Assembly: GCA_036584525.1 (NCBI GenBank)
Contig: JAZHDG010000035.1
Location: 4,839-68,838 of the forward strand
Reading direction: 5' to 3'
DNA from: Acholeplasmataceae bacterium
GTDB taxonomy: Bacteria; Bacillota_I; Bacilli_A; Acholeplasmatales; Acholeplasmataceae
DNA: 64,000 nucleotides
The notes under the pieces are model-generated. The model had not been told where the DNA came from. It made no database searches and was given only the letters and a program-made list of their open reading frames with translations. A program made the position numbers and the translations under genes. Below are positions 19,005 to 28,462 of this stretch, piece by piece; positions within the stretch are counted from its first letter, which is position 1, and each line of letters opens with the position of its first letter.

Positions 19005-19054
19005 TTTATATTATATACTTATATCGAAGAAAATGAAACTAAGGAGAAAATATC

Positions 19055-19930
19055 ATGGATCAAAAACGTTATAAACTGAATAAAGAACTTGCTCAAATGT
19101 TAAAAGGTGGAGTCATTATGGATGTATCAACACCTGAACAAGCAAAAATAGCTGAAGAAGCTGGTGCTGTAGCTGTAATGGCACTTGAGCGTATTCCAGC
19201 AGATATTAGATCAGCTGGTGGTGTATCACGTATGAGTGATCCTAAAATGATTCAAGAAATCCAAAAAGCAGTTTCTATTCCTGTCATGGCGAAGGTCAGA
19301 ATAGGGCATTTTGTTGAAGCGCAAATTTTAGAAGCCTTATCCATTGATTTCATTGATGAAAGTGAAGTTTTATCTCCTGCTGACAATATTCATCATATTG
19401 ATAAAACTAAATTTGATGTGCCGTTTGTATGTGGTGCAAGAAATTTAGGTGAGGCACTCCGCAGAATTGCAGAAGGCGCTTCAATGATAAGAACCAAAGG
19501 TGAACCAGGCACAGGAGATATTGTTCAAGCTGTCACACATATGCGTCAAATTCAACGAGAAATGAGAGAAATTCAAGCGTTACGCGATGATGAAATTTAT
19601 GAAATTCAGAAAACGATGGGTGTATCAATCGATCTTATTCGTTATGTTCATAAGTATGGAAAACTTCCGGTTGTCAATTTTGCAGCAGGTGGGGTAGCTA
19701 CTCCTGCAGATGCTGCACTGATGATGCAACTAGGTGCTGAAGGAGTTTTCGTTGGCTCTGGTATTTTTAAATCTGGTGATCCCAAAAAACGTGCAAAAGC
19801 GATTGTTCAAGCGGTTACGAATTTTAACGATCCAAAAATCTTAGCTGAAATATCGAAAGATCTTGGCGAAGCCATGGTCGGCATTAATGAAGAAGAAATT
19901 AAATTGTTAATGGCGAATCGAGGTCAATAA
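19055..19930 (+). CDS. pdxS: Pyridoxal 5'-phosphate synthase, lyase subunit PdxS
   Basis: [21 protein letters not shown] and TKGEPGTG motifs. 291 aa. Confidence 0.96.
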   Translation: MDQKRYKLNKELAQMLKGGVIMDVSTPEQAKIAEEAGAVAVMALERIPADIRSAGGVSRMSDPKMIQEIQKAVSIPVMAKVRIGHFVEAQILEALSIDFIDESEVLSPADNIHHIDKTKFDVPFVCGARNLGEALRRIAEGASMIRTKGEPGTGDIVQAVTHMRQIQREMREIQALRDDEIYEIQKTMGVSIDLIRYVHKYGKLPVVNFAAGGVATPADAALMMQLGAEGVFVGSGIFKSGDPKKRAKAIVQAVTNFNDPKILAEISKDLGEAMVGINEEEIKLLMANRGQ

Positions 19931-20508
19931 TGTTAACTATCGGCATCCTCGCAATTCAGGGCGCATTTATTGAGCATGAAAAACGATTAAAGGGACTAAA
20001 GATTAATACCTTTGAAATCCGTCAATTGAGCGATTTAACAAAAGATATGGATGGCCTCATCCTCCCAGGAGGCGAATCGACAGCAATGAAACGATTGCTC
20101 ATCGATTTAAACATGTTTGAATCGCTCAAAAAACGGATCAACGATGGTTTACCTACTTTTGGAATATGTGCGGGACTCATTTTACTTGCTGAGGATATTG
20201 TGAACGAAATACCGCATCTTGGATTACTTCATATTTCTGTGATGCGCAATTATTACGGGCGTCAAAAAGATAGTTTTAAAACCATTGGTAAATCAAAAAA
20301 TCAAGAAATTCCAATGACGTTTATTCGTGCTCCAAAAATAATGTCAATAAAAAAAGATGTCATTCCAATTGCTTGGTATAATCATGACATCGTTGGTGTT
20401 CTTGAAGGCCATTTATTAGGAACTACTTTCCACCCTGAACTTGATCGTTCAAATGTTATCTATGAAATCTTTATTGATCTGATCAAAACCAATAAAAAAA
20501 CCGGATAA
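19930..20508 (+). CDS. pdxT: Pyridoxal 5'-phosphate synthase, glutaminase subunit PdxT
   Basis: IGILAIQGAF, GICAG (catalytic Cys) and FHPE motifs. Its start overlaps the pdxS stop (TAATG). Confidence 0.95.
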   Translation: MLTIGILAIQGAFIEHEKRLKGLKINTFEIRQLSDLTKDMDGLILPGGESTAMKRLLIDLNMFESLKKRINDGLPTFGICAGLILLAEDIVNEIPHLGLLHISVMRNYYGRQKDSFKTIGKSKNQEIPMTFIRAPKIMSIKKDVIPIAWYNHDIVGVLEGHLLGTTFHPELDRSNVIYEIFIDLIKTNKKTG

Positions 20509-20518
20509 TCCGGTTTTT
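20496..20518. terminator. Bidirectional intrinsic terminator between pdxT and mscL
   Basis: AAAAACCGGA-taa-TCCGGTTTTT perfect palindrome, with the pdxT stop in the loop and A/T runs on both sides. Confidence 0.8.
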
Positions 20519-20990
20519 ATTTTAAATTCTTTTCAAGTAAAACTTTGATATCTTGCAATAAATCTTCAACTTTTGGCTGAACAGGTTCTAACGCAGCTTT
20601 TTCAGCTTTAATTTTTTCTTCCTCTTCTTTTTGAAGTCTTTCAGCTTCTAATTTCTTTGCATTCATACGTTCAGAAATTCTCATGATTGAACGAATGATA
20701 ATAAAAATGACAAAAGCGATTATTAGAAAATCAATGATATTTTGAATAAATACGCCGTAAGTGATTGCATTTTCAGCAATCCCGTTCACTTCATCAGCAG
20801 GAGAAATCACATATTTATAATTTTCAAATCCTTTTTCGCCAACAACTAAACTGATGACGGGCATTAGAATATCCTTAACAAGACTTCCAATGATTTTAGC
20901 AAATGCACCACCAATAATGACTGCAACCGCTAAATCAAGAACATTACCACGTGTTATAAATTTTTTGAAATCCCCCAAAAACTTTTTCAT
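20517..20990 (-). CDS. mscL: Large-conductance mechanosensitive channel MscL
   Basis: FKKFITRGNVLDLAVAVIIGGAF signature. The Lys/Glu-rich C-terminal tail is longer than usual (157 aa). Confidence 0.93.
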   Translation of the reverse strand: MKKFLGDFKKFITRGNVLDLAVAVIIGGAFAKIIGSLVKDILMPVISLVVGEKGFENYKYVISPADEVNGIAENAITYGVFIQNIIDFLIIAFVIFIIIRSIMRISERMNAKKLEAERLQKEEEEKIKAEKAALEPVQPKVEDLLQDIKVLLEKNLK

Positions 20991-21035
20991 ATTTTCATCT
21001 CCTTATATATTTATTATATCACTCTATAAAGCGAA

Positions 21036-21073
21036 TGAAAAAAACAAACAAGCATGCAACTGCATGCTTGTTT
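21036..21073 (-). terminator. Intrinsic terminator after the DegV gene
   Basis: 12-bp stem AAACAAGCATGC/GCATGCTTGTTT with a 4-nt loop, then GTTTTTTTC on the minus strand. Confidence 0.8.
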
Positions 21074-21084
21074 AAATTAAATAC

Positions 21085-21936
21085 TTAAGGTTTCTTAATG
21101 TAACCTACACCAATACCTTTAGGACCGGTATGCGCACCAACAACTGGTGTTAAATATGCGACAATGATTTCACGATCTGGGTAAACTTTGTGAATTTCTT
21201 TTTTAAACCAATCAACATATTCATCAGCGTGGGCATGTGAAATATAGGTAATAACATCTAAATCCTTTGTATCTTCAATGTATTTTTCTAGAACACGTTG
21301 ATGGGCTTTATGAATTGTACGGATTTTTTCTACAGTTTCAACTTTTCCATTATCTCCAAGCATTAGTAGTGGTTTTAACTGTAACATAGTCCCTAATGTT
21401 CCAGAGAGTTTTGATAAACGACCATTTTTTACAAGATAAAGTAACGTATTAACTGCAAAATAGATTCGATCATTATCTCTAATCTGTTCGAGATATGGAA
21501 GAATATCCTTAACCATTTTACCTTCACTTGCTAATCTATGCGCTTCTAGTGCCATATAAGCTTCAGCGTAAGCTAATGTTTTTGAATCAAAAGCAGTGAC
21601 TTTAATATTAACTTCATTCGCAGTTCTTTTTACAGCTTCATATAAACCGGAAAGTTCAGACGAAATTGTAATAACAAGTGCTTCTTCATAACCTTCTTTT
21701 TCAAGTTCTTCGAAGTACTCTATCATTTTACCAACTGATACATAAGATGTTTTTGGAACATCATCTGGATCCTTTGTAATTCTTTCGTAGAATGTTTTCG
21801 CATCCATGTCGATAAAATCATTGTAAGATTCGTCTGTTCCAAAATGAATCACTGATCTTAAAATTATTATGTCTTTTGGGTACTCAAGATAATCCAGTCC
21901 AGCATTACTGCAGACGAGAATTGCGGTTTTATTCAT
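21085..21936 (-). CDS. DegV-family fatty-acid-binding protein
   Basis: 283 aa with typical DegV start and organisation (TAILVCSNAGLDY..., SSELSGLY). Confidence 0.85.
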   Translation of the reverse strand: MNKTAILVCSNAGLDYLEYPKDIIILRSVIHFGTDESYNDFIDMDAKTFYERITKDPDDVPKTSYVSVGKMIEYFEELEKEGYEEALVITISSELSGLYEAVKRTANEVNIKVTAFDSKTLAYAEAYMALEAHRLASEGKMVKDILPYLEQIRDNDRIYFAVNTLLYLVKNGRLSKLSGTLGTMLQLKPLLMLGDNGKVETVEKIRTIHKAHQRVLEKYIEDTKDLDVITYISHAHADEYVDWFKKEIHKVYPDREIIVAYLTPVVGAHTGPKGIGVGYIKKP

Positions 21937-21968
21937 CCTTATTCTCCTTTTTTGGTCTTATGACCTAC

Positions 21969-22589
21969 TTATATTTTATCAAGTAATTCATTAAAATGGT
22001 TAATATTTGTGTAATGTCCTAAACGTGAAGGATGTTGATGTCCTTTTGTATAGATAATGATTTGGATTCCTAACGCTTCTGCAACCTCAGCATCATGAAG
22101 CGTATCGCCAACCATATAACACTCTTGAGGGTTAATATGGTGTTTTTTGATAAATTGAAGTGCAACATCTACTTTACTCTTTGCATAGACATTTGAAGTA
22201 CCTAAGATTGCATCAAAATATTGATCAATACCAAAATGTACGAGTTGTTTTTGCAAATTGCTTTCCTCTGACGCTGATAATAAAATATTCTGATAGCCTT
22301 TATGCTTCGCTTGATGAATCGCATTTAATACACCTTCATGAAGATTTAGTTCAAGACTTCTTGGCATATATCTTTCAATAAATGTGTGTGCGAGTTCTTT
22401 GAAACTCGTTTTTTCTAAATCATAGACTTTTGCATAATAACTTTCAACAGGAAAATCAAAAATCATTAAATATTCATCAAAAGTGACCGTGGGTCTCTTT
22501 TCTTCAATCAACATTTCATTTAGTATGTCATAACACAATTTGGCATCATCTAATACGGTGCCATTAAAATCCCAAAATAAATATTTCAT
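21969..22589 (-). CDS. HAD-superfamily phosphatase (PGP/PpaX-like)
   Basis: Motif I WDFNGTVLDD (second acidic residue is Asn), motif II LLSAS, motif IV GDTLHD. Confidence 0.75.
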   Translation of the reverse strand: MKYLFWDFNGTVLDDAKLCYDILNEMLIEEKRPTVTFDEYLMIFDFPVESYYAKVYDLEKTSFKELAHTFIERYMPRSLELNLHEGVLNAIHQAKHKGYQNILLSASEESNLQKQLVHFGIDQYFDAILGTSNVYAKSKVDVALQFIKKHHINPQECYMVGDTLHDAEVAEALGIQIIIYTKGHQHPSRLGHYTNINHFNELLDKI

Positions 22590-22595
22590 AATTCC

Positions 22596-23039
22596 TCACT
22601 TGTGATAGGGATGACCTTTTAGAATCATAAACCCTCGATATATTTGTTCAATAAGCATTAGTCGCATCAATTGATGTGGAAACGTCATTTTAGAAAATGA
22701 TAATTGAGCATTTGATCGCTTAAAAATTGAATCATTAACACCATGTGAGCCACCAATAATAAATACCAAATCGCCTGATTGATATGTAAGTTTGTCATCA
22801 ATAAATTTCGCGAATGATTCACTATCTTCCATCTTCCCTTGAATTGCCAGCAAACACACATAATCTTCGATTTTTATTTTACTTAAAATACGTTCTGATT
22901 CAGCATCAATCCCTTGAATATTCGCTTCATCTTTAACTTCAATAATTTCAATTTTATGCGGTATTTGTTTCAAATAATATGAGATGCCAGTATCCAAATA
23001 TTTCTGACTTATTTTCCCAACAGCAATGATTTTAATCAT
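22596..23039 (-). CDS. rlmH: 23S rRNA (pseudouridine1915-N3)-methyltransferase RlmH
   Basis: SPOUT family, ~147 aa, with IGGSHG and C-terminal HPYHK. Confidence 0.9.
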   Translation of the reverse strand: MIKIIAVGKISQKYLDTGISYYLKQIPHKIEIIEVKDEANIQGIDAESERILSKIKIEDYVCLLAIQGKMEDSESFAKFIDDKLTYQSGDLVFIIGGSHGVNDSIFKRSNAQLSFSKMTFPHQLMRLMLIEQIYRGFMILKGHPYHK

Positions 23040-23824
23040 ATTTCAATCACCGGCAATCCTTCCTGTGATGCATAATAAATCTCTATTTTAGTTGGATCAT
23101 CAAAAATTTTAATAATTGATTCTTCAATATCCAATATAGAATTGCAATCTTCAGAAATATGAGAAACAACCCAAATCGCGTGATTTTTAACAAATCGATT
23201 CATTAACCAACATGCATCTTCATTTGACAAATGGCCTTTTTCACTTAGAATTCGTTTCTTTAATAAAAAGGGTCTAGGAGATGCCATGAGTTTGACAGGA
23301 TTATGATTTGATTCAAGCACATAAAGATCCGCGTTTTCGAGTAGATTATGATAGTTTTGATCAATATAACCTGTATCTGTAATATGAACTATCTTTTTAT
23401 TCCCATCGGAAATGACATATCCAACAGGTTCTTTAGCATCGTGTGAAATCATAAAAGGAGTAATGTTTAAATTCCCGTAAGTAAAAGGAGTATCAGCTTT
23501 CACGATATGAAGATTTGGAATAATATCTCTAATTTCTTGACTTAAAGAAAGATAAGTGCCTTCTGTCATGTAAAGATCTTTCAAAAATCCTTTTTTTAGT
23601 AACATAAAAAGACCCATAGTGTGATCATGATGTTCATGTGTCAAAAATAACGCTTGAACGTCGTCGATAAACTCACCATAAGCTTCCATTTTTTTCTTCA
23701 TTTTTTGATAACTAATGCCAGCATCAATAAACACTTTAATATCACCTACTTTTAAGTAGGTAATATTGCCTTTCGATCCACTGGCTAAAATATAAACTTT
23801 CAAAGTACCACCTTCTTTCATCAT
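23036..23824 (-). CDS. Metallo-beta-lactamase-fold hydrolase (YycJ/WalJ-like)
   Basis: THEHHDH zinc motif. N-terminal ILASGSKGN resembles YycJ. It sits next to rlmH, as at the Bacillus yycJ locus. Confidence 0.8.
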   Translation of the reverse strand: MMKEGGTLKVYILASGSKGNITYLKVGDIKVFIDAGISYQKMKKKMEAYGEFIDDVQALFLTHEHHDHTMGLFMLLKKGFLKDLYMTEGTYLSLSQEIRDIIPNLHIVKADTPFTYGNLNITPFMISHDAKEPVGYVISDGNKKIVHITDTGYIDQNYHNLLENADLYVLESNHNPVKLMASPRPFLLKKRILSEKGHLSNEDACWLMNRFVKNHAIWVVSHISEDCNSILDIEESIIKIFDDPTKIEIYYASQEGLPVIEI

Positions 23825-23934
23825 AACATATAAATGTGTGAGATTTACAAATAAAGTGAAAGTGGTTGCATTGACCCTTGAAAAATGCTATATTATATTT
23901 GCTTGTATGAAATACACTGAAGGAGTGAACAACT

Positions 23935-26859
23935 ATGAATCAAACAAAAACACTTAGGAAAATGGCAATATTTGTGCTAATAATTGCTGGAATCCTTACA
24001 TTGAGTGCTTGTAGCAACAGCAGCAAAACACCTTATGGAGATTTATCTGATGATGCCTACGTCACACTTGATGGCATAACTATTACTGAAAAAGAGCTTT
24101 ACGATCAACTACGTTTACAAAGCGCTTCTGCCTTGTCTTCAATGATCGATAATATTGTTTTTGCAGAAAACATCACAGACGTTAAAGCGTTACTTTCAAG
24201 TGGTAACGAAGATCTGAACACTTATTTTGATGAAACAATCAATTCAAGTATTCACAATATTAGTGACCTCGAAGATCTCAAAGAATTCTTTGAAACCGAT
24301 TATGATCAATTTTATCGTAATGTAGAACGCTTTGCGGATTCACAATATTTACTTGATAATACTTTAAACATTCAAACAGTTATTGATAGTATTATGAGCC
24401 TTCCTGTTCCGTATGAAGGTTATGCATCATTAAGTTTCTTAGTTAACAATTACGCTATTCGCGCTGCACAACGTGAATATGCTAAAGAATTATTGGCAAC
24501 TCAAGTAACTGATGAAGATGACAAAAACTATATTAGTGAACAATCACTTGTTACATACTATAAAAACAATAAAGAAGGTCGCTATGACGTTGATGCTTTA
24601 GTTGTTCGTTTTATCAACCTAAATGAAGCAAATGCTGCGATGTATCATCAAAGTATTAAAGCAGATGCGAAAGGTGCTTGGTATAAAATCCCAGATATTC
24701 GTATTGCTAAGGGTGAAGTTGGTTATGTCAATTTAAGTGCCACATCTGATTCTACTGAGCCAGTGAACGCATACGTCGTTTCTATATTGCAAGATCTTGA
24801 TTTATTAGATAAACTTGGTGAAAACTATGAAAATCGTAGTGCACTAAGCCGTGAAGATTTTGAAAATTATTATAAAAAATATTCAATTAATACGAGTCGT
24901 GATTTAAACCGTGATGTTGCATTAACAACTTCACAAGTTAAAGAAGCGTTTGTAAGCATTTATAATTTATTAAATCCAACCGCTCAAGTTCAAATTTCTG
25001 GTTCTACAATCATTGGAAAGGGTGATACTTCTTACAGCCCAACTCTTACTTATGATGAACTTACCAAAGTTAACACTAGTTTAAGATCTCATATCTATAC
25101 AACACTAGTTTCTGAATCTTCCATGGAAGACCCTAACGACACAACAGACGGTCAACCTTATTCTTCTCGTTTCACTCAATTCGGTTCACCTTATTATTTA
25201 GTGTTTAAATTAAATGATGGTAAAGCTGCTGAAGAAGGTGTACTCGTTGAAGACCCTGAAGATGCTGAAAAAGAAATATTCTCATCTTCTGCATCAGCTA
25301 TTCGTGAAGAAATGTATGATCTTCTACTTGAAAGTAAATTAACTTCCGCTTATATTAGTGAAGTTGTTACTCAATTATATGAAGAAGTTGAAATCGATAT
25401 TTTCGATCCAATCGTTAGAATCCTTTATGAACAAAATTATGGATATAACGGAACAACTGACAACAAGAGTGGCGATATTGTCGCAACAGTTGATGGTACA
25501 GAAATTACAGTTGCAGACTTCTATGCACGTCTTGAAAAATCTTATGGTATTAATATAGCTCTAGACGTACTTTCAAACGAATTTTTAGTAAGTTCTGAAA
25601 AATATACGATTACTGAAGAAGATCGCGAAAGTTATCAAACACAATTTGAAGATATTATTTCACAATTCTCAGCAAACAACTTTGCATCAGCTGGCTTCCC
25701 AGCGACTATGGGACGTGAAAAATTCTTACTTCTTGCATTCGGTTCAAGAACAAATCAAGAAGCAATCAATCAAATTTATGTGTATCCTGAATTACGTGAC
25801 CAATACTTAAAAGACTATGAAGTTCATTATGGCGAAGATGTTTATGAAAAATTCTCTGAACTTGCTAAACTTCAATATGATAATTACAAATCAATGAATG
25901 TATCCCATTTACTTATCTATGTTGATCAAAATGGTGATGGTTCTCCAGATAACCCACAAGATTATTTAGATACTCTTGATGCTATTGGCCAACAAGCAGT
26001 ATTAGAAGGGCTTGTTGATTTAGTAGAAATTTTATATGACAAAATTGGTTACTATTCATCATTTGCAAACGGATTCCAAACATTAGTTACCGAATTTAAT
26101 AATTCAGGACGCATTATGCGTGGTAATGATATTCCCCCTGTTGGACCAAATGATCCAAAACTTGATTATCAACCAGAATTAACATGGGCAAGATTCCGTC
26201 AATTAGGTTTCTACCTCAAGTTTGAAAACTTATCATCACCTATTACAAACACATCAAACTTAATTTCATCTCAACAACGTTTAGATGAAGTATTCTACAC
26301 TCGTGCGATGTCAATGTATAATCCTGATGCGACTCTTCCTCTTCTTGATTTATATGATAGCGTCATTACCCAAGATGAACTTTCGAATGTTAAATCATCA
26401 TTCGGTTGGCACTTAATTTTAAATACTTCAGTATCTGAAAGTGGCAGCGTCATGTACTTACAATCTTCAGATTCTGAAGGTAAATATATTTCAAGTAGTG
26501 ATGAAACATTAAACTTCTATAATTCAACTACTGATTGGGTGAGTCCAAACCAAGTGAAATTCTACTTAATTGAAAGCAATTCAGATGAAGGTATAACATT
26601 ACCAACATCAGTTCAAACAGCATTCAATACACAATTTTCACCAGTTTTAACACGTTATCAAGGCACTTATATGCAACGTGAATTAGTCTTCAAACTTATT
26701 GAAGATGCAGCATTTAGTGGAAACCAAAGCGCTAGATTTAATGTGATTAGAGAAATTAATCGTCGTCAAATGAATGAATATATGCTTTCAGCAGATGGTT
26801 TATATGACAACAATTATGCATCACTCTATGTAAATTGGTTCAATATCTTAGAAGGATAA
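23935..26859 (+). CDS. Giant (974 aa) lipoprotein made of two PrsA/SurA-like foldase modules with parvulin-like motifs
   Basis: Lipobox LTLSAC (Cys26). Two PrsA-type N-terminal segments: VTLDGITITEKELYDQL at aa ~43 and ATVDGTEITVADFYARL at aa ~517. Parvulin-like VSHLLIY (aa ~656) and FGWHLIL (aa ~823). Confidence 0.6.
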   Translation: MNQTKTLRKMAIFVLIIAGILTLSACSNSSKTPYGDLSDDAYVTLDGITITEKELYDQLRLQSASALSSMIDNIVFAENITDVKALLSSGNEDLNTYFDETINSSIHNISDLEDLKEFFETDYDQFYRNVERFADSQYLLDNTLNIQTVIDSIMSLPVPYEGYASLSFLVNNYAIRAAQREYAKELLATQVTDEDDKNYISEQSLVTYYKNNKEGRYDVDALVVRFINLNEANAAMYHQSIKADAKGAWYKIPDIRIAKGEVGYVNLSATSDSTEPVNAYVVSILQDLDLLDKLGENYENRSALSREDFENYYKKYSINTSRDLNRDVALTTSQVKEAFVSIYNLLNPTAQVQISGSTIIGKGDTSYSPTLTYDELTKVNTSLRSHIYTTLVSESSMEDPNDTTDGQPYSSRFTQFGSPYYLVFKLNDGKAAEEGVLVEDPEDAEKEIFSSSASAIREEMYDLLLESKLTSAYISEVVTQLYEEVEIDIFDPIVRILYEQNYGYNGTTDNKSGDIVATVDGTEITVADFYARLEKSYGINIALDVLSNEFLVSSEKYTITEEDRESYQTQFEDIISQFSANNFASAGFPATMGREKFLLLAFGSRTNQEAINQIYVYPELRDQYLKDYEVHYGEDVYEKFSELAKLQYDNYKSMNVSHLLIYVDQNGDGSPDNPQDYLDTLDAIGQQAVLEGLVDLVEILYDKIGYYSSFANGFQTLVTEFNNSGRIMRGNDIPPVGPNDPKLDYQPELTWARFRQLGFYLKFENLSSPITNTSNLISSQQRLDEVFYTRAMSMYNPDATLPLLDLYDSVITQDELSNVKSSFGWHLILNTSVSESGSVMYLQSSDSEGKYISSSDETLNFYNSTTDWVSPNQVKFYLIESNSDEGITLPTSVQTAFNTQFSPVLTRYQGTYMQRELVFKLIEDAAFSGNQSARFNVIREINRRQMNEYMLSADGLYDNNYASLYVNWFNILEG

Positions 26860-26871
26860 TAGATTAAATTT

Positions 26872-26899
26872 AAAGGTTACCTGCGGGTAACCTTTTTTT
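26872..26899 (+). terminator. Intrinsic terminator after the PrsA-like gene
   Basis: AAAGGTTACC-tgcg-GGTAACCTTT followed by a T-run. Confidence 0.85.
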
Positions 26900-26969
26900 A
26901 TTTTTTTAATTTATTTTTACAATATCCTTATGTATAATAAAAATATAAGAGTCAAAACAGGAGGTTATG

Positions 26970-27509
26970 ATGGGATTACTTGGTAAAATCGGACAAAAAT
27001 TAGGTGACGCCATGGAAAAATCAGCGAGCAATCATATGACTGGCGCCTCTAAAGAAGCTTATGAAGCAGAAAAAAAAGAAAAAGAAACTCTAGAAAATGA
27101 AAAAGTTGTCGATGAAATGATTTCAATTCCTTTTTCAAAAGAAGACATGAAAGATCTTGATCAAATCATTGGTCGAGCAAATTTGATGGATGAAAGACGT
27201 TTATGGGTCGCTGGCTTTTCAAACTTTAGAGCAAATCAAAATGCTTCTGCAGCAAATGTATTTACAGGAAAAAAACACTTGAGATTCTTCATTGTCAAAC
27301 ATGATGTGTATTACTTTGCATTTTTTGAAGATGATCTATTTAAAACTTATCGCATCTTCCGTGACAAAGATATCAAAAATGTTGATATCAAAATTAAAAT
27401 GCTTGGAGCTAGTTCACTCAAAATTGAATTAAAAGATGGTAAGATATTAACAATTGATGTGACCGAAAACAAAGATAAACTTCAATCAATTAAAGGCATG
27501 TTCAAATAA
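26970..27509 (+). CDS. Hypothetical protein (possible bacterial PH-like C-terminal domain)
   Basis: Clean ORF with AGGAGG 5 nt before the second ATG (26970). No motif that I can assign with confidence. Confidence 0.5.
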   Translation: MGLLGKIGQKLGDAMEKSASNHMTGASKEAYEAEKKEKETLENEKVVDEMISIPFSKEDMKDLDQIIGRANLMDERRLWVAGFSNFRANQNASAANVFTGKKHLRFFIVKHDVYYFAFFEDDLFKTYRIFRDKDIKNVDIKIKMLGASSLKIELKDGKILTIDVTENKDKLQSIKGMFK

Positions 27510-27510
27510 A

Positions 27511-27532
27511 AAGGAAGACTCGAGTCTTCCTT
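27511..27532. terminator. Bidirectional terminator between the hypothetical gene and yhaM
   Basis: AAGGAAGACTCGAGTCTTCCTT perfect palindrome flanked by A/T runs. Confidence 0.8.
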
Positions 27533-28454
27533 ATTTTTTGTTAGCTTTATAAAAACGCATTTTGTCTAAAACAGAAATCATATTTGTGAAGGATCCTTCT
27601 TGTGTTTCATCGAGAGTTTCACCGAGAACAGTAAACTTAGAATCAATAGTGTCGATAAACCAAAGGAGTAATGCTTCACCAGTTTGCGGCTTTTTAGGTG
27701 ATCCAAAATTGAATTGTCCATGATGACTGATAATCATGTGTTTTAGTAATAACACATCTTCTTCTTTTTCATAATTCAATTCATGAGCAACTCTGTCAAT
27801 CATTGAAGCTTGCATGACTAAATGTCCAATGAGCAACCCTTCTTTTGTGTACTCACCATCTACACCGCTAATTTCATCAATTTTTGACATATCATGCAAA
27901 ATGGTTGCTGCATAGAGTAAATCACGATTCAAATATGGATATATTTCAATAAAAGGGTCAATCAGTTTAAGCATAGTTAATGTATGATAAGAAAGCCCAC
28001 CGACATAAGCGTGATGGAATTTGGTAGCAGCTGGATGCATGTAGAACAATTTCTCATGATCTTTATAGATTTTTGTCGTGATGTCTTTTAAAACTTTATT
28101 GTTAATTTTCTTTAAAAAGGTTTCAATGCCTTTTTTTATTTCCTTTAAAGAAAGCGGTGCATAAACGTAGAAATAGTCTAAAACATTTGTGAGTTCATCA
28201 TCATGGATTGCATTTTCTATTTTTGTAATATTTGTAGTCTTTAGTACAAGTTCATCTTCAATCTTAACAACAGCAATCGCTTCAAATAGATAGACTTTTC
28301 CCATCGATAATAATTCCATTTGTTCAAATTCTAATTTGAGATTTATATGCTCTCCATCCATGGTTAAAATTGTGGTGTTACAAAAATGAGCCCCATAATT
28401 AATGCTTTCAACTTTTCCGATAATTTTATAGTCTTTATTAATATTTAATTCCAT
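27531..28454 (-). CDS. yhaM: 3'-5' exoribonuclease YhaM-like (OB fold + HD domain)
   Basis: N-terminal OB-like region followed by HD-domain residues (HHAYVGGLSYHT, LHDMSKI, SHHG). Confidence 0.75.
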   Translation of the reverse strand: MELNINKDYKIIGKVESINYGAHFCNTTILTMDGEHINLKLEFEQMELLSMGKVYLFEAIAVVKIEDELVLKTTNITKIENAIHDDELTNVLDYFYVYAPLSLKEIKKGIETFLKKINNKVLKDITTKIYKDHEKLFYMHPAATKFHHAYVGGLSYHTLTMLKLIDPFIEIYPYLNRDLLYAATILHDMSKIDEISGVDGEYTKEGLLIGHLVMQASMIDRVAHELNYEKEEDVLLLKHMIISHHGQFNFGSPKKPQTGEALLLWFIDTIDSKFTVLGETLDETQEGSFTNMISVLDKMRFYKANKK

Positions 28455-28462
28455 ATTAACCT

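Noticed and set aside
21046-21073. GCATGC-containing palindromes at 21046-21073 and 47475-47496 as a possible dispersed repeat or miniature mobile element
   Set aside because: They share only the GCATGC core. Each is positioned exactly as a gene-end hairpin with a U-tract, so ordinary intrinsic terminators are the simpler explanation.
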